Assembly: GCA_040770465.1 (NCBI GenBank)
Contig: JAXGJB010000016.1
Coordinates: 1-47,423, forward strand
Length of the DNA stretch: 47,423 bases
Direction of reading: 5' to 3'
DNA from: Methanothrix sp.
Lineage (GTDB): Archaea; Halobacteriota; Methanosarcinia; Methanotrichales; Methanotrichaceae
A model generated the notes under the pieces. That model was given only the letters and a program-made list of their open reading frames with translations. It was not told the origin of the DNA and did no database searches. This document shows, one piece after another, positions 1 through 8,982 of the stretch (the first letter of the stretch is position 1; every line of letters starts with the position of its first letter). The translations under genes were made by a program, and so were the position numbers.

Positions 1-18
1 GTAGTCGCCCGTTCGCCC

Positions 19-189
19 TCACAGGCGTCTCTTCATCTCTTCTAAGCTGATGCACTTCTCGTCTTTCCGGTCAGGGATAACCGAGAGGTCGTGAAGGTCC
101 TCCTGCAGCTTTTCGTACTCATCCAGGGGGAGGATGACCGCGACCTTCTGGCCTTTCTCATCGACTACATACTGCTCTGCAGCGCCCAA
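19..189 (-). CDS. Small RelB-like type II antitoxin-like protein (56 aa, not in ORF track)
   Basis: Manual translation from TTG at 189: MGAAEQYVVDEKGQKVAVILPLDEYEKLQEDLHDLSVIPDRKDEKCISLEEMKRRL. GAGGTG RBS at 195-200. The pattern YVVDExGxKxAVILPxxEYExL...ISLEE is typical of small archaeal/bacterial antitoxins. Any cognate toxin would lie off the left edge. Confidence 0.7.
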   Translation of the reverse strand: MGAAEQYVVDEKGQKVAVILPLDEYEKLQEDLHDLSVIPDRKDEKCISLEEMKRRL

Positions 190-198
190 GGGACCACC

Positions 199-468
199 TC
201 AATACAGGTTAGTATGTTTCTCTCGGTATAACCGGTTTTCGTGCTTGAAGGGTCGATGTGCCTGAACCAAACACGAGATATATTCATTGCCCTCGATCCT
301 GGTGTAGTGGTGGGTCGAGCGGAGGCGGGCCCGGCGGCGGAGCTCCGCCTCGGCGGCCAGGGGGGGGGGCGTCTCGTCCACCACCGCCCGGGCGGCCTCG
401 ATCTCCATCAAGCCCCGGGCTATGGCGGGGGTGATGACGTACCGGGGGTGCCAGGGGGATTGGGTCAT
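199..468 (-). pseudogene. Truncated Fic-family protein (N-terminal fragment only)
   Basis: PRYVITPAIARGLMEIEAAR...RSTHHYTRIEGN matches the Fic N-terminal 'STxIEGN' region. Similarity stops at about 286 and there is no HPFxDGNGR catalytic motif. Confidence 0.7.
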
Positions 469-659
469 GGGTGTTTCTCTCGTTGTAGAGTGAGCTTTTG
501 AAATCCTTGCAGGTTTTAGCTGTAGGTATTCATATCTTGATCTGCTTTCGTGCTTTGATTTGATCTATCAGCAGTAGATTCAATGCTCGCAATATAAACA
601 TCCAAGACTAGACGCATTATCTTTTCGGAATATGCTGAAGGCCAAAATCCAACTCCGTC

Positions 660-1412
660 TTATAGTGACACAATTTTCTCATTACTATGGAGTTGTTCAT
701 CAGAAATTGGGACAATTATTAGAATTCCGTTTTGATATTTTCCATCATCAGAAATCATATTGTAACTAAACATCATACCATTGTTTGATAATTCTATACT
801 AGAAAATCTTTCAACTGTGTTTTTAGGATTTATATCGATGCAGTTATCTATAACCTCTTTAGATGTAATTCTTGGGGGAAATATGCAATGCTTATTCATG
901 AGTTTATTTAATAAACGTTTTTTGCAAAATTGTGGTGTAACCTTCATATTAATCTTAAATGGCTCATGCACTGAGTAAAATTTTATGGTCGCATCTCCGC
1001 TAAAAATTCGACTAAACTTTGGATGATGCGAAAGATTTATATTTTTTATATACCATTTTATATTCGTAAAGGTCGCTAGTTCAAGAACACTTTCACTTTT
1101 AAAGGATAACGGGATTTCATAATCGATTAGTGGAAATTTTATTGTAGCTTTTGGCAACTCGTCACTCTTTTCATCGTCGATTTTGAAACTGCAATCCTCA
1201 ATTATATAATAGTTTACATCTTCATTTTCAAAGGCAAATTCAATTCTCAAATCCTCTATATATTTATATTCATTACTTCCTATGACTTCGAGCCTCCAGG
1301 TATATTTGTAAGGATCGCCTATCGAAGGATTTGATTCACCTTCTATAGACAATTTCAGCTCCAATTCACTTTCTTGTACACTCAGGAATTTATTTTTTAA
1401 TAGATTTACCAC
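660..1412 (-). CDS. Hypothetical protein (AT-rich islet), acidic, beta-rich-looking
   Basis: 250-aa ORF in AT-rich DNA; GAGGT RBS 8 nt before the GTG start; no family recognised. Confidence 0.6.
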   Translation of the reverse strand: MVNLLKNKFLSVQESELELKLSIEGESNPSIGDPYKYTWRLEVIGSNEYKYIEDLRIEFAFENEDVNYYIIEDCSFKIDDEKSDELPKATIKFPLIDYEIPLSFKSESVLELATFTNIKWYIKNINLSHHPKFSRIFSGDATIKFYSVHEPFKINMKVTPQFCKKRLLNKLMNKHCIFPPRITSKEVIDNCIDINPKNTVERFSSIELSNNGMMFSYNMISDDGKYQNGILIIVPISDEQLHSNEKIVSL

Positions 1413-1425
1413 TCTTCATTACCTC

Positions 1426-1938
1426 TTACATAGTTTTACGCTTATATAAACGTGACTTACGGAAATAGCAGATAGCATCAATAATGGCTTCACGAGATGT
1501 TTCATCCGGTTCGTTTCCAACACAATTAATTAAATGTTGGTATATATGTTCATTTAGGGGGTAGTCTGCTTCTTTGCTAATTTGGTATAGTTGATTAAGT
1601 CCGGCTATCTTCAATTCGAAATCGGTTGACCTAACTTTTTCAAGTGCAATGCGTGCAAATTGCCTCGTGATCTCTTGTTCATTCTTCTGCATAAAAATTC
1701 GGTCCATTTGCCTTTTAATTAACCAATACCTACATATTTCTATAATCCTCCAAATGATCTTTGGTTGTTTATATTTAATAAAGCTATTATTAATTTCATA
1801 TGCAATAACGAATATATTTATAATCATTATTCCAATTAAAACTCTCGTCGATATTAATAACTCATAGGAAACATTGATCTGATATAGGAAAACGGTCGCG
1901 ATAATTAATAATATAATTAGAATATTTTTTTTCCTCAT
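1426..1938 (-). CDS. Hypothetical membrane protein (2 N-terminal TM helices, HEAT-like helical C-terminus)
   Basis: Two hydrophobic stretches in aa 5-48; C-terminal KIAGLNQLYQIS...EPDETSREAIIDAIC resembles HEAT/ARM helices; ATGA overlap with the upstream gene. Confidence 0.65.
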   Translation of the reverse strand: MRKKNILIILLIIATVFLYQINVSYELLISTRVLIGIMIINIFVIAYEINNSFIKYKQPKIIWRIIEICRYWLIKRQMDRIFMQKNEQEITRQFARIALEKVRSTDFELKIAGLNQLYQISKEADYPLNEHIYQHLINCVGNEPDETSREAIIDAICYFRKSRLYKRKTM

Positions 1939-2354
1939 AGACTCTCACTCAACAACATATCAAGTTCCGCTTTAAGAATATTTGGAGTTATACTCCCATC
2001 TTTAAAAATATATTTCTTGACACCCATTAATTTAAATTCGTTTATTATATTCTTACTCCTCACTACAGAGAAGACTGCTATTGGCGTATTATTACCTACA
2101 GCGTTTAGTTTCTTTACAAACTCCAATCCTCCCAGTTTTATTCTTTCCTCCAATGGTCTTTCGTTCCAATAATCAGCTTTACCTATCGGTAGAATCACAT
2201 CAAGCAATATTAAATCGAATTTATATTTATCGATTAATTCTGTCGCGCCCATTAAATCATACGCAATCGTAATTTTCCATCCATCTTTCTCCAATGGTCT
2301 CAGCATTCCTTTCAATACATAAGCATCGTCATCCACCCAAAGCATATGTACCAT
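1935..2354 (-). CDS. Stand-alone response regulator receiver (CheY-like)
   Basis: LWVDDD acidic pocket, DLILLDVILP phosphoacceptor Asp, PIAVFS and YIFK (conserved Lys); GAGGTG RBS. Confidence 0.88.
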   Translation of the reverse strand: MVHMLWVDDDAYVLKGMLRPLEKDGWKITIAYDLMGATELIDKYKFDLILLDVILPIGKADYWNERPLEERIKLGGLEFVKKLNAVGNNTPIAVFSVVRSKNIINEFKLMGVKKYIFKDGSITPNILKAELDMLLSESL

Positions 2355-2488
2355 TCATACACCTCTTTAAGAGATATGCTTTATACTTTAAAATTGTTCC
2401 GCATAAATCATCACATTTGTATGCATTATTAAATATTTCTCGATGGATCTCGCCAGGTGTCGTTTTATTTCGTCTATCGGGCGAAGGC

Positions 2489-3379
2489 TCAGCACACCTC
2501 CGCCCCTTCCTCCTCCGCTCCCTCGCCCTCGATCGCCGCGAGCTTATCCAGCACCGGCCGCGTCGAGACCGAGTTCATCTCGAGCCCCAGCTCCTCCGCG
2601 CCGAGGCCGAGGGCGAGCCCCGCCATCTGGGTGACGTATAATATGGGCAGATCGATCTCTTCGCCGAACTTCTTCTCCAGGAGCGGCTGGTTCGCGTCAA
2701 GCATCAGATGACATAATGGGCACAATGCGACGACGAAGTCTGCGCCCGACTCCTTGGCGTTCCGCAGGATTCGGATGAGGGTCTCGGCGGCGGCCTCCTC
2801 CTCGGGCATGAAGATGGGGCCGCAGCAGCACTTCATCTTCAGCCGGAAGTCCGTCGGCTCGGCGCCCAGGGTCCGGATGAGGTTTTCGAGGATCGAGGGG
2901 TTCTCGGGGCTGTCGATCCCCCCGCCTGGGCGCGTAAGGAGGCAGCCGTAGTATGGGGCTGCCTTCAAGCCTCCCAGGGGCCGGACGACGAGGTCCTCAG
3001 GGTCCTCGGCCTCGTTGAGGGCTCCTGTGATCGTCTCGATGACGTGCTCGACCTCTTTTTCTTCTTCGTACTTCTTCTCCAGGGCCTCGTTCACCTTCTC
3101 CCTGACTTTTCGGTCTTTGAGCCGGATCATCGCCGCCCGGAGCCTGCTGTAGCAGATCGAGCATGAGGCCATAACCGGAAGCTCGGTCCTCACCAGGTTT
3201 CTTGCGGCAAGGGCCGTCGAGACGACCTCGTTTGAGACGTGGGTTGCGCCGCAGCAGTTCCAGTCGTCGATCTCTTCAAGCTCGACGCCCAGAGCCTTGC
3301 AGACCGCCCTCGTCGATATCTCGTACTCCCTTCCCGTCGACCTCGCGACGCATCCGGGGTAGTATGCGAGCGGCTTCAT
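2489..3379 (-). CDS. hdrB: Heterodisulfide reductase subunit B
   Basis: YYPGC, DWNCCGA, CSIC, YYGCLLTRP, CCCG and CPLC: two CCG domains. Confidence 0.95.
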   Translation of the reverse strand: MKPLAYYPGCVARSTGREYEISTRAVCKALGVELEEIDDWNCCGATHVSNEVVSTALAARNLVRTELPVMASCSICYSRLRAAMIRLKDRKVREKVNEALEKKYEEEKEVEHVIETITGALNEAEDPEDLVVRPLGGLKAAPYYGCLLTRPGGGIDSPENPSILENLIRTLGAEPTDFRLKMKCCCGPIFMPEEEAAAETLIRILRNAKESGADFVVALCPLCHLMLDANQPLLEKKFGEEIDLPILYVTQMAGLALGLGAEELGLEMNSVSTRPVLDKLAAIEGEGAEEEGAEVC

Positions 3380-4032
3380 TTTCCGGCCTCCTCTTCCTCT
3401 GTTTCTTCGGCCTTCTTCGACTTTCCTTCGTCACCTGCATCATCTCCGAGAAGCTCGAAGATCCGCCTCACTTCTTCGGTCCCCTCGATCCTCTCGCCCC
3501 TCGCCGCCTCAAAACTCAGCTCGATCTTCCCCTTGGGGACGAGTTCCGCGCCGAAGGCCATGATCTGGAGCGCCGAGCTGGGGTTTCTGATCATGTACTC
3601 GGCCGATAGCAGAACCTCCGATATCCGGCCGTAATCCCGTATCTGGCGGCCGAAGATCCCCTCGAAGACCGAGTCTCTGCACTTCAAGCCCTCTTCCTCG
3701 TAGATCGTCTTGAGGGCGGCGACGACCGCCATAGGCCTGATACTCCTCGGGCAGCGGACGGTGCAGAGGAGGCAGGATGTGCAAAGCCAGATCGACCTGC
3801 TCGATAGAGCCCTCTCCTTCTCTCCTTCGAGGACGAGCTTGACGAGCTTTCGGATCGGCACATCCATCAGGGAGGCTGTGGGGCAGCTTGCAGAGCAGGT
3901 CCCGCACTGGATGCAGGTTTTGACCTCGTCTCCGGCGAGTTTGAGGACTCGATCTCTGAACATCTCTTCCTCGGGCGTCATCGTCGAGTTCCTGTTCGCC
4001 GTCGTCTCCGTCTTCATTGCCGTATCCGTCAT
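3376..4032 (-). CDS. hdrC: Heterodisulfide reductase subunit C
   Basis: CIQCGTCSASCP and IWLCTSCLLCTVRCP; directly upstream of hdrB with ATGA overlap. Confidence 0.93.
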   Translation of the reverse strand: MTDTAMKTETTANRNSTMTPEEEMFRDRVLKLAGDEVKTCIQCGTCSASCPTASLMDVPIRKLVKLVLEGEKERALSSRSIWLCTSCLLCTVRCPRSIRPMAVVAALKTIYEEEGLKCRDSVFEGIFGRQIRDYGRISEVLLSAEYMIRNPSSALQIMAFGAELVPKGKIELSFEAARGERIEGTEEVRRIFELLGDDAGDEGKSKKAEETEEEEAGK

Positions 4033-5375
4033 TTTCCATCACCCCCCTCCGCCTCGGCCGAAGCCTTCGCTTTCGCCTTCTTGATCCGCTCGCTGATCTT
4101 CTCGCTCGCCTCAGTAATCTCGTTCCTCTCCCAGACGAACCTCACCTTCGGCTTGTTGATCACCGCTTCGACCCCAGCGAGGGCCTGGTTGATCTTCGAG
4201 AGGAGGTCTGGATCCCTCTCGGGAGCCTCGATCTCGGCTATCGGCGGCTTCTCGATCTGGGGCGGCTCGACGATCCCCGAGAGGTCCGGCCGCCTCCTCG
4301 ACTTCGATACGATGGTGGAGATCGCCTCCTTCCACTCCTCCGCCCAGGGCGTCTCCAGGACCTTCGTTGTGGAGACGCCGGTCCGGTCCACCTCCACGGC
4401 GAAGCAGTGACAGGAGTTGGCGCAGGCCCCGCAGAAGATGCACTGATCACGTTCGACCTTGATCTTGCCGTCCTCGCCTACGTACCAGCAGTCGGCGGGG
4501 CAGACGTTGAAGCAGGCGTGGCATCCCATTGGGTCGCAGAGGGGAAGCTGCTTCTCGACGAGCCTTATATCCCCCTCGAAGGGCTTTGTTATCTCCATGG
4601 CGTCATAGGGGCAGACGAGGAGGCACCTGCCGCAGCCGATGCACTTCTCCTGGTCGACCTCGATCTCCCCGAGAAAATGGAACTCCTCTTCCAGCTCCAG
4701 AGGCTTCCCCTCGACTTTGATCGCCTCCTCGGGACAGATCCCGACGCATAGACCGCAGTGGTCGCAGAGCTCCTCGTCGACGAGGAGCTGCTCGAAGGGG
4801 ACGAGATCCGTCGGGGAGGGCTCCTTCTCCTGGAGGAGGAACGCCTCGCAGAACTTTGCGCATTTTCCGCAGAGGTTACACTTCTCAGAATCGACCTCGA
4901 TCTTACCCTTCCCCTCCCCCCTCTCCTCCTCTCGGAGGGGGCCGAAGACGTCCCTCGTCGGGTAGAAGACGACGGTGATCGCCTCCGTCGGGCAGACCGG
5001 CTCGCAGAGGGCGCAGGGGAGACACCTCTCGTTCGGCTCGGCTTCGGAGACGAGGTGGGGGTACTCTTCCATCTTCCGATAGTCCTTGTCGTTGGCGGTC
5101 ATCCTGTAGGCGTCGACGGGACAGAAGGCGGCGCACATCCCGCAGAAGACGCAGGCTTCAAGGTCTATCAGGACCGGCGGCGCGTCAAGGCCCGTGGCGA
5201 TCTCGATGACGGGGCCGAGGGTGAGGGCCTTGGTGGGGCAGAGGGCGACGCATATCCCGCATCCGTTGCACTTCTTGTAGTCGTAGTCCAGGACCTTCAC
5301 CGAATCCTCGGACCTCTGGATCGACTTGATGGTGGACCCCTCGACCTCCATCTCCTTCTCGATCTTCATCGTCAT
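4029..5375 (-). CDS. Polyferredoxin with eight [4Fe-4S] motifs (FwdF-like)
   Basis: Eight CxxCxxCxxxC-type motifs counted (CNGCGIC, CVFCGMC, CLPCALC, CNLCGKC, CDHCGLC, CIGCGRC, CDPMGCHAC, CIFCGAC). Confidence 0.9.
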   Translation of the reverse strand: MTMKIEKEMEVEGSTIKSIQRSEDSVKVLDYDYKKCNGCGICVALCPTKALTLGPVIEIATGLDAPPVLIDLEACVFCGMCAAFCPVDAYRMTANDKDYRKMEEYPHLVSEAEPNERCLPCALCEPVCPTEAITVVFYPTRDVFGPLREEERGEGKGKIEVDSEKCNLCGKCAKFCEAFLLQEKEPSPTDLVPFEQLLVDEELCDHCGLCVGICPEEAIKVEGKPLELEEEFHFLGEIEVDQEKCIGCGRCLLVCPYDAMEITKPFEGDIRLVEKQLPLCDPMGCHACFNVCPADCWYVGEDGKIKVERDQCIFCGACANSCHCFAVEVDRTGVSTTKVLETPWAEEWKEAISTIVSKSRRRPDLSGIVEPPQIEKPPIAEIEAPERDPDLLSKINQALAGVEAVINKPKVRFVWERNEITEASEKISERIKKAKAKASAEAEGGDGK

Positions 5376-7747
5376 CAGCTATCGCCCCCTTCTGGCTCCG
5401 GCGCCCGGAGGGCCGCAAGCTCTGTACCCACCGGCCCCATATCCTTCAGCTCCCGGACGAACGTTCTAACCTGTTTTGCAAGGATCTCCCCTTCGCTGGC
5501 GGCGCACCAGATGATCTTGACCCTGCCGGGGTTGATCCCCACTTTCTCCAGGACCCCCCGCAGGACCTGGACCCGCTGGTAGGCCTGATAGTTCCCCTTG
5601 TTGTAATGGCACTCGCCGAGGCGGCACCCGGAGATGAGAACCCCGTCGGCTCCGCCCTTCAGGGCCTCGATGACGAAGGCGGGGTCGACCCTCCCGACGC
5701 ACATCACCCGAATTGCCCTCATGTTCGTCGGGTACTGGATCCGCGAGGTTCCCGCAAGGTCGGCTCCGGCGTAGCTGCACCAGTTGCAGAGGAACCCGAC
5801 GATGAAGGGGTACTGCCCCTTGACCGCCGTCGCCGCCCTGATCTGGGCCATGATCTGCTCGTCGGAGAAGAGGGTCATCTCGATGGCGTCGACGGGACAG
5901 GCGGCGGCACAGGTCCCGCACCCCTTGCATGAAGCCTCGTCGACGAGGGCGGTCCCGTTGACGGAGATCGCCTTGCTGGGGCAGGTCTCGACGCAGAGCT
6001 TGCAGCCGATGCACTTCTCGGCATCGACCATGGCGACGACGGGGTCGAGGGTCAGCTCCCCGCTGACCAGAAGCCGCATCGTCTTCGCCGCCGCCGCCTC
6101 CCCCTGGGCGATGGAGACCTGGATCTCCTTTGGGCCGGAGGCGCAGCCGGCGATGAAGACGCCGTCGATGTGGGCCTCGACGGGCCTCATCTTGGGGTGG
6201 GCGATCTCGAAGAACCTGTCGGGCCGCTTCGAGAGGCCCAGGAGGTTTCCCACCACGTCGGCGTCTTTGTTCGCCTCAAGCCCCGCCGAGAGGACGACGA
6301 GGTCGTAGGGCTTCGACCGGAAGCCGCCGAGGAGGGTGTCCTCGTAGTTGACGCGAAGCTTGCCATCGGCCTCCTCCACCTCGGAGACCCGGCCCCGGAT
6401 GAAGTTGATCCCCAGGTTCTGGGCCCGGACGTAGAACTCCTCGTAACCCTCGCCCCCGGCACGGAGGTCGATGTAGTGGATCGAGACCTCCGTCTCGGGG
6501 TACTTCTCCTTGATCAGCTGGGCGTTTTTGAGGGCGTACATGCAGCAGACCCGGGAGCAGTAGGGGTTACCCACCGTCTCGTCCCGGGACCCGACGCACT
6601 GGAGGAAGGCTATGGACCGGGCGACCTCGCCCGTCGAGGGGCGGACCACCTCGCCGCCGGTGGGGCCCGCGGCGTTGAGGAGCCGCTCCACCTGAAGGCC
6701 AGAGATGACGTCTCTAAACCGGCCAAATCCGTACTCCTCCTTTCGGGCGGGATCGAAGGACTGCCAGCCCGTGGCCACGATTATCGCCCCGACGTCGAAC
6801 CTGAAGTTCTCCTGCCTCTGGTCGTACTTGACGGCGTCGACGGGGCAGGCCTCGGCGCAGAGGCCGCAGCCGATGCAGGCCGAGGGGTCAATGCAGGCGA
6901 CGAGAGGCACCGACTGGGGTATCGGCATGTAGATCGCCTTCCTCTTCCCGAGGCCGAACTCGTACTCGTCGGGGACCTCGACGGGACAGACCCCGGCGCA
7001 CTCGTTGATGCAGCCTTTGCAGAGCTTCTCGTCGACGAACCTCGCCTTCTTGACGCCCGATACGGTGAACCTCCCCACGGACCCATCGATGTCCAGGATC
7101 TCGGCGTAGGTTATGAGGGTGATCAGAGGGTGGTTGTAGACGTCGGTCATCTTCGGCGCGAGGACGCAGATCGAGCAGTCGTTTGTTGGAAATACGTCGG
7201 TGAGGAGGGCCATGTACCCTCCGATCGTCGGCTTTCTCTCGATCATGTAGACGTGAAGGCCGCAGTCTGCGAGGTCGAGGGCTGCCTGGATCCCGGCTAC
7301 CCCCCCGCCGATGACCAGGACCTCCCGGCTGACGGGCATCGTCTCCCCCTTGAGGGGGTTCAGGAGCGCGGCCTTGGCCACGGCCATCCTGATCAGGTCT
7401 TTTGCCTTCTCCTGGGCAAAAGGCGGCTCGTCCATGTGGACCCAGGAGCACTGCTCCCTGATGTTCGCCATCTCCAGCATGAAGGGGTTCAACCCCGCCT
7501 CGGAGATCACCCGCCGAAAGGTCGGCTCGTGGAGCCGAGGCGAGCAGGCGGCCACGACGATGCTATCCAGCTTCTGCTCGGCGATGTCTTCCTTGATCGT
7601 CTCCTGGCCGGTGTCAGAGCAGGTGAACTGAAGGTCCCTGGCCACCTCGACCCCGGGCAGGGTTTTAGCAAACTCGGAGAGGCTAGAGGGCTCCAGGACC
7701 CCTGCAATGTTCAGGCCACAGTGGCATACGTAGACTCCAATTCGCAT
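5375..7747 (-). CDS. hdrA: Heterodisulfide reductase subunit A fused to C-terminal MvhD domain (HdrA2-type)
   Basis: RIGVYVCHCG, AACSPRLHE, NIREQCSWVH, GGGVAG FAD motif, CSRVCC; C-terminal FLCNWCSYAGADLAG...VMCVGRVDP...GCRLGECHY is the MvhD [2Fe-2S] domain. Confidence 0.96.
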   Translation of the reverse strand: MRIGVYVCHCGLNIAGVLEPSSLSEFAKTLPGVEVARDLQFTCSDTGQETIKEDIAEQKLDSIVVAACSPRLHEPTFRRVISEAGLNPFMLEMANIREQCSWVHMDEPPFAQEKAKDLIRMAVAKAALLNPLKGETMPVSREVLVIGGGVAGIQAALDLADCGLHVYMIERKPTIGGYMALLTDVFPTNDCSICVLAPKMTDVYNHPLITLITYAEILDIDGSVGRFTVSGVKKARFVDEKLCKGCINECAGVCPVEVPDEYEFGLGKRKAIYMPIPQSVPLVACIDPSACIGCGLCAEACPVDAVKYDQRQENFRFDVGAIIVATGWQSFDPARKEEYGFGRFRDVISGLQVERLLNAAGPTGGEVVRPSTGEVARSIAFLQCVGSRDETVGNPYCSRVCCMYALKNAQLIKEKYPETEVSIHYIDLRAGGEGYEEFYVRAQNLGINFIRGRVSEVEEADGKLRVNYEDTLLGGFRSKPYDLVVLSAGLEANKDADVVGNLLGLSKRPDRFFEIAHPKMRPVEAHIDGVFIAGCASGPKEIQVSIAQGEAAAAKTMRLLVSGELTLDPVVAMVDAEKCIGCKLCVETCPSKAISVNGTALVDEASCKGCGTCAAACPVDAIEMTLFSDEQIMAQIRAATAVKGQYPFIVGFLCNWCSYAGADLAGTSRIQYPTNMRAIRVMCVGRVDPAFVIEALKGGADGVLISGCRLGECHYNKGNYQAYQRVQVLRGVLEKVGINPGRVKIIWCAASEGEILAKQVRTFVRELKDMGPVGTELAALRAPEPEGGDS

Positions 7748-7781
7748 CGACAGGACTCCAGGTAATCAATCGGAATCCTTC

Positions 7782-7795
7782 AACTTAAAGGTAAC
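7782..7795 (-). promoter_or_regulatory. Putative TATA box of the hdrA operon
   Basis: Minus strand GTTACCTTTAAGTT about 35-45 nt upstream of the hdrA ATG. Confidence 0.4.
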
Positions 7796-7899
7796 TGTGA
7801 GGAGAAAAAGTGGATAATATGATCACTATCTGGATAGTAAGTGATATCGGCAGGGCAGATAGCATCACATAACTTATATGATGTGAGATGTAGCGTTTT

Positions 7900-8982
7900 T
7901 TAGATCATCCCCATCTCTGAGAGCCTCTCGGGGAGGTAGGTCTTGGTGACGAAATCGAGCCCCTTTCCGGCGAAGGCCTGCTGCTCAGCCTTCTTCATGA
8001 GCTTGATCTGGAGCTGGATCTGCTCTTTCCAGTAGTCGGTCGCAAACCGGGGGTCTGCGAGTTCGCTTCTCAGGGCCTGGAGGTCCTGATCCGTCAATTT
8101 ATCGGTGGAGAGGTCGTAGTTGACGATGTCCGTCGGCTGGACCCCCAGAAACTGCGCCGATGGCGTCACCAGGTAGTCGGATAGGTAGGCGCTCTTGATG
8201 GCGCCGTAGGCGACGCTGGCGAAGATCCGGTAAGACCAGGGGTCTCCATCGGTGAAGACGAGGACGGGCAGGTTTAGCTCCTCGTTCAGCCTCTTGATCA
8301 GCCGTCGGGTGGACCTTGCGGGCTGGCCTTTGAGGTGGACCAGGATGGCGTTGTGCTCCTGGTCGAAGCCGTTTTCGATGAGCCTTGCATGCATCCCGCC
8401 GGTCTCGATCGCCACCACGAACTTCGCGTCGTGATCCTTGAACTCCACGTTGTCCACGTTGAAGGGGATCTGGTAGCCGGCCTCGCCCACGTCCTCCTGG
8501 CAGTGGATCGTCCTCTCCCCCCGCCGGGTCTTCTCGCTGATGGTGAGGGGGCCGAAGACGGTGGCCCCGTCCTCCTCGGGCCGGACGTGAAAGTCCTCCC
8601 GGAGGAGGGCGGTGAGGATCTCCAGGTCCTCGACCAGCCGGTCGCTCTCGGCCTGCTCCCCGAACTTGGCCACATCCCAGTTCTCGGAGATGTAGTAGAT
8701 CTCTCTCAGGGTGGAGCCCCGGTTCTGGAGGAGGTGCTCTTTGATCAATAGCTCCACCAGGTAGGCGGTCTTGAGGACGGATTTGGCGCCCCGGACGGTC
8801 TTGACAGACCTTACGCTCTCCTGGTCGCCGTAGACCCAGACCTCTCCCTCCTGGTCGTACTCCAGGTTGCTCTTGGTCCTGCTGGGTAGAGCGAGGTGAG
8901 GTACGATACCCCTCTGGAACTGGTCGTAGAGGGTCTCTGCGAGGCCGAGAAGCCTCTCTTTTGTCGCTTCAGCATCCTTCAA
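7900..8982 (-). CDS. top6A: DNA topoisomerase VI subunit A
   Basis: STLREIYY (catalytic Tyr), AIETGGM and FTDGDPW TOPRIM motifs, KKAEQQA; TTG start directly after the top6B stop. Confidence 0.97.
   Translation of the reverse strand: MKDAEATKERLLGLAETLYDQFQRGIVPHLALPSRTKSNLEYDQEGEVWVYGDQESVRSVKTVRGAKSVLKTAYLVELLIKEHLLQNRGSTLREIYYISENWDVAKFGEQAESDRLVEDLEILTALLREDFHVRPEEDGATVFGPLTISEKTRRGERTIHCQEDVGEAGYQIPFNVDNVEFKDHDAKFVVAIETGGMHARLIENGFDQEHNAILVHLKGQPARSTRRLIKRLNEELNLPVLVFTDGDPWSYRIFASVAYGAIKSAYLSDYLVTPSAQFLGVQPTDIVNYDLSTDKLTDQDLQALRSELADPRFATDYWKEQIQLQIKLMKKAEQQAFAGKGLDFVTKTYLPERLSEMGMI

Noticed and set aside
360-369. G10 homopolymer in the Fic fragment as a phase-variable switch
   Set aside because: The frame is intact across it (Pro-Pro-Pro), and the truncation lies about 75 nt further downstream.
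3202-7765. Long opposite-strand or alternate-frame ORFs over the hdr operon (e.g. 6170..7765 +, 4758..5582 +), and similar ones over top6, rpa, marker 8 and cdh
   Set aside because: Shadow ORFs produced by high GC3 codon bias; they fully overlap well-supported genes and have no recognisable motifs.
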